Source of the DNA: Candidatus Bathyarchaeota archaeon
GTDB lineage: Archaea; Thermoproteota; Bathyarchaeia; TCS64
Direction of reading: 5' to 3'
Length of the DNA: 64,000 nt
NCBI GenBank assembly: GCA_963771885.1
Contig: CAVYVF010000002.1
Coordinates: 1-64,000 of the forward strand
Shown here: piece after piece, positions 50,717 to 62,013 of the stretch
How the letters are laid out: each line of letters opens with the position of its first letter
How positions within the stretch are numbered: position 1 is the first letter of the stretch
Notes under the pieces: generated by a model
What the model was told of the DNA's origin: nothing
Database searches by the model: none
The model's input: the letters and a program-made list of their open reading frames with translations, nothing else
Position numbers and translations under genes: made by a program

Positions 50717-52149
50717 TGCTTGGGACCCAGTTTCTCAGCGGACTGCTTCGCAAGCTCAAGCGGGGGTTTACGGTGTATGTCAGCGACGTAGACGTTCTTA
50801 CCCATTCTCCGCATATGCTCCTCCTTCGCCTTGACGATTAAATCGGAGTCGGTAATGAGGTCAATCGCCGCTCCCGCCATGGTCTTTGCAGCGAAGATGA
50901 GGCTTTTGTGGCCTATGCTGCTGCCTGAAGCGGCGACAAACTGCCAGCTGTGGCCCGGGGCGCCGAGGACGTTGCAAGTGGTTCCAAACTCCATCGTCGG
51001 TGTGATCCAGCTGACATGGCTGACGTCGGTGGAACCAGGACTTGTCTCGCCGTCGTCCCAGGGGTCGAAGATGTCGGTTGGGAGGTCGGTGTCGGTGTAA
51101 CGCTCCCAACTGGGCATCTTACTCTTCTTGAGAGTGTCGAGTTTGTTCTGCTTGGGAAAGGTCCGAGCGATCTCGGAGGCGAAAGCGAGTTCCTCAGGGG
51201 TATAGGTGGGCGCGCCGACCATGCGCATGTTCGCTGTAACCACCTCGCTCAGGGTCTTCGAAGGTATCTTGTTGTAGCTCCCCCTGTCCATCTCGACGCT
51301 GAGCGTGGTCTCGGTCATGAGGGCGGCACCCTCAGCGATCTTGACGACGCGATTGTAGATGTGTTCAAGCTGGTCCATCTCGGGGGCACGTACATAGTAC
51401 CAACTGCGTGCATAGTCCGGGACGACGTTAGGCTGGCCGCCCCCGGCCTCTATCACGTAGTGTATGCGTGCCTGCTGGATGATGTGTTCGCGTAGGTAGT
51501 TCACGCCTACGTTCATGAGCTCCACCGCATCTAGGGCGCTCCTGCCCTGCTCAGGGTTCGCGGCGGCATGCGCAGTCTTGCCGTGGTAGCTGAACTTGGC
51601 GTGTATGGTGGCTGTGCTGCTTGCGAGACTAGCGACATTCAGGCTACCGGGGTGGTGGCTAAGGCAGGCGTCGACTCCGTCGAACAGACCGGCGGCGACC
51701 ATGAATATCTTGCCCTGGAAGTTCTCCTCAGCTGGGGTGCCGTAGAAGCGTATGGTGGCTTGGTCTTCTTTGAGTGCGTATCTCAGGGCAATGGCTGCGC
51801 TCATCGCTGTTGTGCCGTGAATATTATGGCCGCAGCCGTGACCAAAGGCGCCGGGGACGAGCGGCTCCTGGCGGGGAACGACCTTGTTGCTTATGCCAGG
51901 GAGAGCATCGTACTCGCCCATGAGGCCGATGATGGGCTTACCCACACCCCATTCTGCGACCATAGCAGTGGGCATCCCCGCGGCACCGAGCTTCACCTTG
52001 AATCCTTGCCTCTCGAGTGTGGAGGCGATGAGCCTGCTGCTCTTCTCCTCCAGAAGGCCGTACTCGGCGAAGCCCCAGACCTCGTCGCTCACCTTAGTAA
52101 GCTCGTCCTTGTGATCCTCGATCCACTTCCACGCAGTTCCCTTCGACAT
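50707..52149 (-). CDS. M20 amidohydrolase, AbgB-like (paralog of 48260..49699)
   Basis: GEYDALP, GHGCGHN, GRSALDAVELMN, GSTDV, HSWQ. Confidence 0.93.
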   Translation of the reverse strand: MSKGTAWKWIEDHKDELTKVSDEVWGFAEYGLLEEKSSRLIASTLERQGFKVKLGAAGMPTAMVAEWGVGKPIIGLMGEYDALPGISNKVVPRQEPLVPGAFGHGCGHNIHGTTAMSAAIALRYALKEDQATIRFYGTPAEENFQGKIFMVAAGLFDGVDACLSHHPGSLNVASLASSTATIHAKFSYHGKTAHAAANPEQGRSALDAVELMNVGVNYLREHIIQQARIHYVIEAGGGQPNVVPDYARSWYYVRAPEMDQLEHIYNRVVKIAEGAALMTETTLSVEMDRGSYNKIPSKTLSEVVTANMRMVGAPTYTPEELAFASEIARTFPKQNKLDTLKKSKMPSWERYTDTDLPTDIFDPWDDGETSPGSTDVSHVSWITPTMEFGTTCNVLGAPGHSWQFVAASGSSIGHKSLIFAAKTMAGAAIDLITDSDLIVKAKEEHMRRMGKNVYVADIHRKPPLELAKQSAEKLGPKHYS

Positions 52150-52305
52150 AAGGATCCAGATTCGATTTAGCCGCTAAAAAGTTATTGACAATATAATAAT
52201 TTTAACATCTTTTTTAAATAGACTTGGGAAATTTTCCTATGCGCGCTCACTTCATAACAATCTTGCTAAGATAACGACTTTAAAAATGCATTAACTAACT
52301 CCACT

Positions 52306-53829
52306 TCAAGAGCCTTTGAAAGCGAATTTCTCCTCCACCGATGACCTATGGAAGATGTTGTAGCTGCAGAAGGGTATGAGGCGGAGGTCGGGCGTCGCGT
52401 AGTGGATGCAACACCTTTCAACCCTATCAAGGTCAAAGTTGTAAGGATCCATGAAATGCATGCACCCCACGAAAAGCCCCTTTTTCTTTAGCGACGTGGG
52501 TACGATACGTAGTCCGTTGTGCAATGACTCTTTCAAAAGCTCGTTGTAGTTGAAGTATTCAGGTGCCTGACTCCTATCGATGGTCTTGGATATCTTGTAG
52601 ACGAGCGACGCTTTCAGCCGTAGGTCCCCCATGATTTGCCTCTCCGACACAAGCTCGTCCAGAATTATCTCCCGCGCGGAGTCTAAATCTATGAACCTGT
52701 TCATGGGTACATATTCACCGTTCCTCTCGAACAGGTAGAGGCCGGCGCCACAGTGCATATGGGTGGACGCTTTCGACCTCCTCTCCTTAGATATCTTCTC
52801 CATCATCATCTCCAATGGGGCGAACGCCGGTATCGGCATCCAGTCACTCCTCAGTATCTTCCCTCCCGTCTGGTCCTCCACCATCCTCATGACATCCGAA
52901 ACCGTAATCCTCATCTTCTCCAACTCCTCGGCGTCGATTCGCCCCGTGAAGGAGACGGGCTGGAAATTCACTGCCTTGACCGTATCGAGGTTCTGGAAAC
53001 CGAAGTCGATAATGGCGCCGAGCTGGTTATCGTTTACACCTTTCACTACTGTCGGCACAAGCGTCGTCGGTATATCGGCCTCACGCAGATTCCTAACGGC
53101 TTGTAGCTTAATGGGGAGCGCGTCGAAACCCCTCGCCTGCACATAGGGCTCTGACGTGAGGCCATCGAACTGTAGGTAGGCGACAGTCAACCCGCTTTTC
53201 TTCAGCCGCCTCGCGAAGTCGATATCCTCGGCTATCTTTACACCGTTCGTCGCCACAATTACATACGCCACGCCGAGCTGCTTCGCCATCTTAATCGCCT
53301 CGAAAATATGCGGGTACACTGTCGGCTCCCCACCAGAGAACTGGACAGCCCAAACGGGATTCGGTCTCTGGTCCCTCAACATCTGAAGCATCTCCCTGAC
53401 CTGTTCCAGCGTGGGTTCGTAGACATATCCGGCGGAGTCGGCGTTTGCGAAACATATCGGGCAATGAAGGTTGCACCTGTTAGTCAGGTCGATATTTGCC
53501 AACATCGTGTGGGTCTTATGACCCTCGCACAGTCCACAATCCCTCGGACAGTCGCCACTACTTCTTGTATTCGGGTTGTCTATGGGATCGCCCTCGACCC
53601 CGTATCTCAGCTGCCGCTTGAACAGCAAAGAGTCGGACCAGTAGACATCCTTGAAGTGCCCATGTTCTTTACACTCCTTTTCAATGTAGATCTTCCCGAC
53701 CTCCTCGAATACGCGGGCATTGATCGTTGAGTGACAGACCGGACAGAGCGAGCGAGTCTCCTTCGAATAGTGTTCATCGAAGTCGATCTCTTTTCTGTTA
53801 TTATCGATCGATGATTTCATTTTTCCCAC
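52306..53829 (-). CDS. tes: Radical SAM tetraether lipid synthase (MJ0619 family)
   Basis: SLCPVC..KECKEHG, CPRDCGLCEGH, TNRCNLHCPICF, MHFMDPYNFD..RVERCCIHY..PFC. Confidence 0.9.
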   Translation of the reverse strand: MGKMKSSIDNNRKEIDFDEHYSKETRSLCPVCHSTINARVFEEVGKIYIEKECKEHGHFKDVYWSDSLLFKRQLRYGVEGDPIDNPNTRSSGDCPRDCGLCEGHKTHTMLANIDLTNRCNLHCPICFANADSAGYVYEPTLEQVREMLQMLRDQRPNPVWAVQFSGGEPTVYPHIFEAIKMAKQLGVAYVIVATNGVKIAEDIDFARRLKKSGLTVAYLQFDGLTSEPYVQARGFDALPIKLQAVRNLREADIPTTLVPTVVKGVNDNQLGAIIDFGFQNLDTVKAVNFQPVSFTGRIDAEELEKMRITVSDVMRMVEDQTGGKILRSDWMPIPAFAPLEMMMEKISKERRSKASTHMHCGAGLYLFERNGEYVPMNRFIDLDSAREIILDELVSERQIMGDLRLKASLVYKISKTIDRSQAPEYFNYNELLKESLHNGLRIVPTSLKKKGLFVGCMHFMDPYNFDLDRVERCCIHYATPDLRLIPFCSYNIFHRSSVEEKFAFKGS

Positions 53830-54177
53830 ACCTAGTCTTTTTCAGCACATATCTTGGAAGTACTAAGCCATGGAACTATAGTTATTTATTAATTCATTAA
53901 GATTAAAAAACTATCCCAATTTTTAATATGTTTCATGAGAAAAACCCTTTTTTTAAAAAAAACAACTTATGCCTATCATAAATGCAGAGAATATTATGCC
54001 GCTCCTAAATATTATTAATAAACCCTATCTGGAAAATACTAGATATGTCTGCAGACGCGACTTAATATTTCCGTGAATATGAATCTTCATAAAAATATGT
54101 ACTCGATTACACCCAATAGTAGAATCGTTGGCGAGCAGAACTAACCCCCTCTAACTAAAATAATCTAACTTCCCCAG

Positions 54178-55569
54178 ATGGCTAGCCTTTTAACAGCTCA
54201 CAGCCTTAACATTACCCGATCAGTCTTGTCGAAGCCGGACACAACTGTGGAAAAAGTAGTCGAATATACCTACGGGACATGGCGGTTCCAAAAAGGCTGG
54301 AAACCGACCCACATTATTGACGCTGAGGGCGTCTACATGACAGACGCCAACGGAAAAAAGTACCTAGACTTCTCTAGCCAACTCATGTGCTCAAACCTCG
54401 GACACAAGAACCCCGCTCTCATCAAAGCTATTGTCGATCAGGCGCAGAAAATGCCCTACATAAACCCCGGCTACTCGACCGACCTGCGCGCCAAGGCGAG
54501 TGAGGCACTCGTCAAGGTCCTTCCCGAGGGCCTCGAGAAGATCTTCTACTCGACCTCCGGCACAGAGGCAAACGAAGCGGCGCTCAAAATCGCCCGCATG
54601 TACCTAAAGCAAAAAGGCGCCTACAAAGTCATCAGCCGCTACACCAGTTACCACGGCGCCACCGCCGCATCAGTCGCATGCACCGGCGACCCCCGCCGCT
54701 GGTTCACCGAACCAACCATGAAGGTAGATGGCACAGTATTCGCCCCCGACTGCTACTGCTACAGATGTCCTTTCAATCAGAAGTACCCCGAGTGCGGTGT
54801 CACTTGCGCCGAGTACCTCGACTATATGCTCAAAAACGAGGGCAACGTCGCCGCGATGATAGTCGAGCCCGTCGTCGGCACTAATGGAATACTCGTCCCC
54901 GTCAAGGAGTACCTCCCACGCATCCGCGAGATCACTGAAGAGCACGGCGTCCTACTCATCGCCGACGAGGTCATGTCCGGCTGGGGCAGAACCGGCACAT
55001 GGTTCGCCGTCGACAACTGGGGCGTAAAACCCGACATACTAAGCACCGCGAAGGGCTGCACGGGTGCTTACACGCCTCTGGGCATCACCGCCACTACGAA
55101 GAAGATATCCGACTACTTCCAGGACAACTACTTCGCCCACGGCCACACCTACGAGGCACACCCCATCAGCATGGCTCCCCTAGTCCCCGCTATCGAGGAG
55201 TACAAGCGCCACAACCTCTTCGAGAACACGAAAAAGATGGGAGCACACCTGGACAAGAGGCTCAATGAACTCAAGGAGAAGCATCCATCTATCGGCGACG
55301 TCCGAGGAATCGGCCTCTTCTGGGCGGTGGAGATCGTAAAGAACAGGAAGACGAAGAAGCCCTTCAACACTCGCATAGACAAAGTCAGCGGCACCCCACT
55401 CATGGTCGACAAGGTCGGCGCCGAAATGGGCAAGCAGGGCGTCATCTGCAACACGTGGATAAGCCACTTCGTCATCGCCCCACCCCTCATCATAAACAAG
55501 GCGCAGCTAGACCAGGGCATCGACGCCCTCGACGAGGGGCTCAAGGTCGCTGACAAAGAAGTCGAATAG
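54178..55569 (+). CDS. Class III PLP aminotransferase
   Basis: [37 protein letters not shown]. Confidence 0.95.
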   Translation: MASLLTAHSLNITRSVLSKPDTTVEKVVEYTYGTWRFQKGWKPTHIIDAEGVYMTDANGKKYLDFSSQLMCSNLGHKNPALIKAIVDQAQKMPYINPGYSTDLRAKASEALVKVLPEGLEKIFYSTSGTEANEAALKIARMYLKQKGAYKVISRYTSYHGATAASVACTGDPRRWFTEPTMKVDGTVFAPDCYCYRCPFNQKYPECGVTCAEYLDYMLKNEGNVAAMIVEPVVGTNGILVPVKEYLPRIREITEEHGVLLIADEVMSGWGRTGTWFAVDNWGVKPDILSTAKGCTGAYTPLGITATTKKISDYFQDNYFAHGHTYEAHPISMAPLVPAIEEYKRHNLFENTKKMGAHLDKRLNELKEKHPSIGDVRGIGLFWAVEIVKNRKTKKPFNTRIDKVSGTPLMVDKVGAEMGKQGVICNTWISHFVIAPPLIINKAQLDQGIDALDEGLKVADKEVE

Positions 55570-55664
55570 AATCTTTTTCCCCAGCCTTCACAAGGCCAGC
55601 CGCAGTTTTCCACATTTCAGCCACGAATAGAACTAAAATACCTCGAAATACTCCCATAGACACC

Positions 55665-56795
55665 ATGTCAACGGTCGAAACCGCCAAGACCATGATCAAG
55701 TACGACACCTCCGGCCCCCCTGCCAAGGAACTCCCACTCGCCAAGTGGATAAAGGACTACCTCGAAGACATCGGCGCAGAGACCGAGCTACAGATAGTCG
55801 AGAAAGACCGCGCCAACGTCATAGGCAAGTTCGGCAAGGGTAAAGGCCCCGGCCTCCTACTCAGCGGCCACATAGATGTCGTCCCCGCCGGAGACCCAAC
55901 CCTCTGGAAGGTCACGCCACCCTACGAACCCACCATCCAGAACGGCCGCCTCTACGGACGCGGCGCCTGCGACATGAAGGGCCCAGACGCCTGCCTCCTC
56001 GAGGCGGCAAAATCCCTCTCAAAGGAGCGCCTCAAGCGCCAGCTCACTCTATCCTTCACCGCCGGCGAGGATACCGGAGGCTGGTACGTCACCAAAGTCA
56101 TAGAGGAGGGAAAGGTAACTAAGGCGGAGGCCCGTATGGGAATTATCCCCGAGCCCAGCATGATGGATGTCATCAGCACCCACAAAGCCAGCGGCCACGC
56201 CAACATCACCGTCCACGGCAGAGCCGCCCACAGCAGCCGTCCCGAGCTCGGCGTGAACGCCATAGACAAGGCCGCCGACATCCTCGTCGAAATTAGGGCT
56301 CTCCAAGCACGCCTTAACGCGGAGCCACACCCTCTCCTCGGCCCAAGCACCATAGAATGCACACTCATATCCGGCGGCTTCAAGGCAAACGTAATCCCAG
56401 ACAAGTGCACATTCCACTTGAGCACACGCCTCATCCCCGGACACGAGAAAACCACCACCACCAAGGCATGGCTCAGAGCTATACTAACACACCTCCACGA
56501 CAAAGACCCCAAGTTCAAAGCAGAAATAACCGAGGTATCCACTGGCAAGCCCCTTGATGTCCCGGAGAATAGTGAAGTTGTTCTTCTACTAACCAAGATG
56601 TTGAAAAAACAACCTACAGGAGCACCCTACTACACAGAAGCTGTAAACTACACTGCTGCAGGCATTCCCACCGTGATCTGCGGACCCGGCAACATAGATC
56701 AGGCGCATACACCTGACGAGTACATCACCTTAAAACAGCTTGAACTTGGGGTTAAAACCTTTAAAGAGTCGATAAGACAAGTCTGCTTAATATAG
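55665..56795 (+). CDS. M20 ArgE/DapE-family deacylase
   Basis: [34 protein letters not shown]. Confidence 0.93.
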   Translation: MSTVETAKTMIKYDTSGPPAKELPLAKWIKDYLEDIGAETELQIVEKDRANVIGKFGKGKGPGLLLSGHIDVVPAGDPTLWKVTPPYEPTIQNGRLYGRGACDMKGPDACLLEAAKSLSKERLKRQLTLSFTAGEDTGGWYVTKVIEEGKVTKAEARMGIIPEPSMMDVISTHKASGHANITVHGRAAHSSRPELGVNAIDKAADILVEIRALQARLNAEPHPLLGPSTIECTLISGGFKANVIPDKCTFHLSTRLIPGHEKTTTTKAWLRAILTHLHDKDPKFKAEITEVSTGKPLDVPENSEVVLLLTKMLKKQPTGAPYYTEAVNYTAAGIPTVICGPGNIDQAHTPDEYITLKQLELGVKTFKESIRQVCLI

Positions 56796-56921
56796 GCATC
56801 GTAAATAATTACTCTCATGTCGTCATGAGTCTATCCTTAATTTTGAATAGATATTTGATAAGATTTGATATACAATAAATTTAATAACTCAAATGAATTA
56901 TTTCCATGTAGGCGAAAATAA

Positions 56922-57173
56922 ATGAGTGACATCCCATTCAAGTTAGTAGATGTAGAGAAGAAGCCCTCTAGGAAGTATCGAAAGGGTAGCAAGTATGACC
57001 CAATCATCGACAAGTTCCTTAATGGTAAATCCGGTCTAGTCAAGGTTGAGGTGACAGGTAAGGATGCAAACTACCTGAGAACTCAGTTGAAGAAGAGAAT
57101 CGATGCCCGAGATCTGAACTCAAAGATAGAGGTTTCGGTTGTAAATAACGTTGCATACCTCGAGAAGAAGTAG
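56922..57173 (+). CDS. Small basic hypothetical protein (possible nucleic-acid binding)
   Basis: 83 aa, Lys/Arg-rich, SRKYRKGSKYDPIID; T-rich terminator-like tract follows. Confidence 0.8.
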   Translation: MSDIPFKLVDVEKKPSRKYRKGSKYDPIIDKFLNGKSGLVKVEVTGKDANYLRTQLKKRIDARDLNSKIEVSVVNNVAYLEKK

Positions 57174-57379
57174 AAATATCCTCTTTTTCTACGGTTTATT
57201 TCGTTATTATTAATGAAGACTAATGCGGATACCGTCTAATGTAGAATTTTTAGTTCTAATAAACGACCTAATATCCTAATGTTCACACGCATTTCTCTCA
57301 GAAAACACGGAAACTATCTATACTTGTTATGAAGGACGATGCGAGCTACCCCAAAGCGAGGCGCTTACCTAATAAACGG

Positions 57380-57622
57380 TCACTTTAGGAGAGTAACAAT
57401 CTGCTCGTCGGTGGCGCCTTTCTCGATAGCTATCTTCTCATCGAGCGGCACGAGGTGGTTGACGTTTACCCTCCTCCGGCGCACCCCGGTGACCTGCTTC
57501 GGCCCCGTGACGAGAGCGAAGTTCTTGTCAATCAGGTCGACGACGACGCAGCGCCTGCCAGCGTCCCTGCCCTGAGTCTTCATACACAGCCTACCGATAT
57601 CAAATGCGGGCACAGTATTCAC
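57380..57622 (-). CDS. rpl14e: 50S ribosomal protein L14e
   Basis: GRLCMKTQGRDAGRRCVVVD..DKNFALVTGPK..GVRRRRVN. Confidence 0.96.
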   Translation of the reverse strand: MNTVPAFDIGRLCMKTQGRDAGRRCVVVDLIDKNFALVTGPKQVTGVRRRRVNVNHLVPLDEKIAIEKGATDEQIVTLLK

Positions 57623-58168
57623 CTATCTGACATGTATGCTTCGACTACATTCTTAAGCATATCAGCCACGCAGTCCGCGTCGAAGTGCTCAGTGTTTAAC
57701 ACGAGGTCATAGATGGACAGATCAGAGACATCATACCCGTAGCACTTCTTGAACCGCATCAAGCTCATTGCTCTCCCTGAGCCGCGTCTCCCTCTTGACC
57801 TCCCTAACCCCCCTGTTCTCCCTCCCCGCTATCCGCTTCACCCTCACGTCCAGCGGCGCGGTAAGGTATAGCCTGAGATCGGGCTTCACCGCAACCCAAC
57901 CTGAGAGCGTCGCATCGAGCACCACGCCCCCCTTTCTCGTCTCCTTTTTCGCCCTATCGTCGAGGAACCTATCAAACGAGTCGTCCCCAGCAGCGATACG
58001 CGTCATCTCCTCAAGCGAGACACCGAGCTGCTGCGCCCTCTCCCTGAAGAGCGTGCCCGTAGAAACGTATCGAAGCCCGAAAGCCTCGGCGAGCTTCAAA
58101 GCCTGTGTTGATCTACCTGAGCCATGAGGCCCAGCTACAGTCAAAACGAGTCCACGACTATTCTTCAT
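57619..58168 (-). CDS. cmk: Cytidylate kinase (frameshift near 57760)
   Basis: GPHGSGRST, STGTLFRE, APLDVRVKRI; C-term RFKKCYGYDVSDLSIYDLVLNT in another frame. Confidence 0.92.
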
Positions 58169-58676
58169 CTTTCGCCCTCTCCTCGGGGTCGATCTCAAAC
58201 GTGAGTCCGAGGAGGCGACTAATCAAGACACTCGATGCGAAGCTGCAGAGAAGGTACCAGTTCGCCACGCTCAACTCCGTAGGAATGAAGGGGAACTGAA
58301 AAGGGAAGTAGGCGATGATGATATTCCCGAAGAAGCTGCCCAGAAGCTGCCAGATCAGTAGGAAGGGAATCATGAAGAAGAGACTGATCTTCATCCTATC
58401 CATGCTCATCTTGCTCTGCTGTCCCATAACCTCCTGCTGCTTCTTTTGCGCCTTATCGATCGCTCTCTGGTTACCGCTCTTCGCCGCCTCCATCATCTGA
58501 TGCTGAGCACGTGCACTATCTAGCATCATCCTCCTGTAGGCTTTCAGATCGGTCATCCTAGCGTTCACGAAGCTCGTGAGCAGGCCTAGCCCCGCCGCGA
58601 TGGCGAGAATGGCATATGTGGCAAACGGTGGGGTCTTGAGGAAGTCGAGCTCCAGGGCGACGAGGGCGGACAGCAT
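58158..58676 (-). CDS. DUF106 / EMC3-TMCO1 family membrane insertase
   Basis: TM + coiled coil + WYLLCSF; position upstream of cmk. Confidence 0.88.
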   Translation of the reverse strand: MLSALVALELDFLKTPPFATYAILAIAAGLGLLTSFVNARMTDLKAYRRMMLDSARAQHQMMEAAKSGNQRAIDKAQKKQQEVMGQQSKMSMDRMKISLFFMIPFLLIWQLLGSFFGNIIIAYFPFQFPFIPTELSVANWYLLCSFASSVLISRLLGLTFEIDPEERAKDEE

Positions 58677-58721
58677 CCCTGATCTATCCGCCTATCCGCG
58701 CCCTAGGGATAAAAACTGTTC

Positions 58722-60261
58722 CTATTCCGCTACGAGCTGGCAGAGCTTCTTCCAGCTCAGGCAGATGGTCTTCGGGTGAGCCGCCTTAGCCTCATCCAGC
58801 TTGCCCACAACCGTGTTCACCGGCGCCTTAAGCGCCTCCGCAGGGTTCGAGTAGGCTAACTCACAGGTCCTCTTCACAACCTCAATGAAGTCGTCGAGCG
58901 CCTCCACGGGCTCCGTCTCAGTTGGCTCAACCATGAGGGCTTCGTGGACTATCAGTGGGAAGTAGATGGTCGAGGCGTGCATCCCGCTGTCGAGCAGGTT
59001 TTTCGCCACGTTCAGCGCGCGAACTCCAGTGTCGACGCTCAGCTTCTCCGCGCTCAGCACCGCTTCGTGCATACGGGGCTTCTCCGGCGCGAAGGGTAGG
59101 CTCAGTCCCTTGGTGTTCATTAGCTTCTTGGAGATGTAGTTGGCGTTTAGGACGGCGAGCTCCGATGCCTCCCTGAGGCCGTCGGGGCCCATCGTCAGCA
59201 TGTAGGTGTATGCCTTGAGCATGACGTTGACGTTGCCGTAGTAGCCGTGGACTTTTCCGATGCTTTTCGGCTTTTCGTAGTCTAGTGAGTATTTGCCATC
59301 CTTATAGATGATGTCGGGAACCGGTAGGTATTCGGCGAGGATTGCCTTGCATCCGACGGGACCGCTACCGGGGCCGCCGCCGCCGTGAGGGGTGCTGAAG
59401 GTCTTGTGAAGGTTGACGTGTACCACGTCGAAGCCCATGTCTCCAGGACGGCACTTGCCCATGATCGCGTTGAGATTCGCCCCGTCGTAATACATGAGTC
59501 CGCCAGCTTTGTGAACTATCTCGGCGATCTCCGCGATCTGGTGGTCAAAGAGGCCAAGCGTGTTGGGGTTAGTGAGCATAAGCCCGGCAGTCTGGGGGCC
59601 GACTACTGCCCTAAGGGCTTCAAGGTTAACAGTGCCCTCGGGAGTCGAGGGGACCTCAACAATCTTGTAGCCTGCCATTGCGGCGGAAGCAGGGTTCGTC
59701 CCGTGAGCGCTATCGGGGACTATGATCTCGGTACGCTGAGCTCCCTCACCATGGTCTATATGGTAGGCGCGTATCAGCATGATGCCCGTCCACTCGCCGT
59801 GTGCGCCCGCCGCGGGCTGCAGCGTCGCTTCATCCATCCCAGTAACTGAGAGATAGCCTTGCTTCAACTTGTAGAGGAACTCGAGGACGCCCTGCACCGT
59901 GGCGGGGTCCTGATTCTGGGTGCGCCTCAGTGAGACTCGGGTGGCCGGCGAGGACCTCATTAATTATCGGGTTGTACTTCATGGTGCAGCTGCCGAGGGG
60001 GTATATGAGACCGGAGTTTACCCCATAGTTCATCTGGCTCAAGTGGATGTAGTGGCGGAGGACCTCCATCTCACTGACCTCGGGCAAGCCACTCGAGGTC
60101 TCCCTAGCGATGCCCTGCGGGACGAGCCTGTCGACGTTAACCTCATCGCGTAACTCCCTCTCCGCCTCGGGAGGGTGGAAGCCATACCTGCCCTCATGGC
60201 TTAACTCGAAAATGAGGGGTTCATCCCAGTCTGCCTGCCTGAATTTGCGCACGGTCATCAC
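58722..60261 (-). CDS. gcvPB: Glycine dehydrogenase subunit 2 (frameshift near 59925)
   Basis: YPLGSCTMKYNP, QPAAGAHGE, SAHGTNPAS, NLHKTFSTPHGGGGPG. Confidence 0.95.
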
Positions 60262-61637
60262 TGAGCCGCCTCCCTCAATGCAGCCACTAAGCCATCTATA
60301 TCCTTCTTAGTGTGCATCTCTGTGACGCAGAAGAGCGCGGACTCGCCGAGCTCGGGGAACTCCGCCTTGAGGGGCTTGCCGCCCTGATAGCCTTGTGCAA
60401 GGAGCACTTTGTTGACCTCGACCGCTGTCTTCTTCGAGTACTTGACGACGAATTCCTTGAAGTGGTAAGAGTTAAAGGCGGGAGCCTTGACGCCGGTGAG
60501 GTCATTAATCCTCCTTATCGCGTAGTGTGTCCTGCTCGTGCACGTCTCTGCGAGGTCCTTGAGACCACTTGGGCCGAGGAGGCTCAGGTAGACCGCGCCT
60601 GCGACACTGCACAGTGCCTCGTTGCTGCAGATGTTGCTCGTTGCCTTCTCACGGCGGATATGCTGCTCTCTGGTCTGAAGGGTCATGACGAAAGCGCGGC
60701 GCTTGTCAGCGACTGTTTCTGTCACGCCGATGATGCGGCCGGGCATCTGGCGGATGATGGCGTTGTCGTGATTGCAGGCGAATATACCGAGGAGTGGTCC
60801 GCCGTAGCTCATGTGGTTGCCCAGCGGCTGCCCCTCGCCGACTACGACGTCTGCGCCGTAGCTTCCCGGCGCCTTGAGCAAGCCGAGGCTGATGGGATCG
60901 ACTCCGGTGATGTAGATGGCCTTCTTGGCATGTGCTATCTCGCCTATCGCCTGGACATTCTCCTCAGCGAAGCCGAGGTAACTGGGAGTCTCGACGTATA
61001 CTGCAGCAGTGGACTCGTCGACCCTTGACTTCAGGTCCTCGAGGTCCATCAAACCAGTATCTTTGTTGTAGCCGACCTTCTCGATTTTCATACCGGCTGG
61101 GCCTGTGTAGGTTTTAAGGACTGCGAGACGTGCGGGGCTTATGAAGCTAGGTACGAGGACCGTGTCGCTGTGGTTGAGCCTGTTGGCGAGGAGCGCCGCT
61201 TCGCCCAGTGCACTGCTCCAGTCGTACATGGACGCGTTTGCGACCGCCATCTCGACGAGTTCGCAGATCAGGCTCTGGTACTCGAAGATGCTCTGTAGTA
61301 TGCCCTGGCTTATCTCGGGCTGGTAGGGGGTGTAGCTTGTGAGGAACTCGGCACGGCTGACGACCTCGTCCACGACGCTGGGGACGTAGTGAGGCCAGAC
61401 GCCTCCGCCGAGGAAGGGGGCGCATTTGAGGCGCATGTTTTTCTCGAGAGTGTCTGAGACGAGCTTCTTGACCTCCAGCTCCGTGTAGGGACCGGGGACG
61501 TCTAGCTCGCCCTTGAATCTTAGCTTCTCGGGGATGTTGACATACAGGTCATCGATCTTCTTGATGCCTATGTCCTCCATCATCTTCTCCTTGATCTCTG
61601 GTACGCTGTTCGGTAGGTACGGGTGGGCTCTGCTCAT
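60258..61637 (-). CDS. gcvPA: Glycine dehydrogenase subunit 1
   Basis: YTPYQPEISQG, NASMYD, QTREQHIRREKATSNICSN. Confidence 0.96.
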   Translation of the reverse strand: MSRAHPYLPNSVPEIKEKMMEDIGIKKIDDLYVNIPEKLRFKGELDVPGPYTELEVKKLVSDTLEKNMRLKCAPFLGGGVWPHYVPSVVDEVVSRAEFLTSYTPYQPEISQGILQSIFEYQSLICELVEMAVANASMYDWSSALGEAALLANRLNHSDTVLVPSFISPARLAVLKTYTGPAGMKIEKVGYNKDTGLMDLEDLKSRVDESTAAVYVETPSYLGFAEENVQAIGEIAHAKKAIYITGVDPISLGLLKAPGSYGADVVVGEGQPLGNHMSYGGPLLGIFACNHDNAIIRQMPGRIIGVTETVADKRRAFVMTLQTREQHIRREKATSNICSNEALCSVAGAVYLSLLGPSGLKDLAETCTSRTHYAIRRINDLTGVKAPAFNSYHFKEFVVKYSKKTAVEVNKVLLAQGYQGGKPLKAEFPELGESALFCVTEMHTKKDIDGLVAALREAAQ

Positions 61638-61770
61638 CTTGTTGCCTCCGTTGACGGGTGTCTTGTGGCTGTTCGGGGATTTAACCGCTTACACGGGGCA
61701 AATAGGGGCTTCACTGTCGTATACTATTTTTATATCCCCGAGACGACTTCTCCGAGGGAAGGCGACCGCA

Positions 61771-61974
61771 TTGCATAAAGTGACGATCAACTACGACAAG
61801 TGCGTCTACTGTAAGACCTGCGTGAGCATCTGCCCTTGGGGAGTATACGAGGACACCGGGGACCGGGTTGAGGTGACGCATATGAAGGAATGCGTCTGCT
61901 GCATGAGCTGCGTCGCACCTTGCCCGACGGACGCGATAAAGGTCGAGGAAGACCCCGCCTACCTAAACAAGTAG
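61771..61974 (+). CDS. 2x[4Fe-4S] ferredoxin
   Basis: CVYCKTCVSICP and CVCCMSCVAPCP; TTG start at 61771. Confidence 0.92.
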   Translation: MHKVTINYDKCVYCKTCVSICPWGVYEDTGDRVEVTHMKECVCCMSCVAPCPTDAIKVEEDPAYLNK

Positions 61975-62013
61975 CTCGAACTTCTTTTAACCGGGTCCCG
62001 CGCCAATCCCCTT

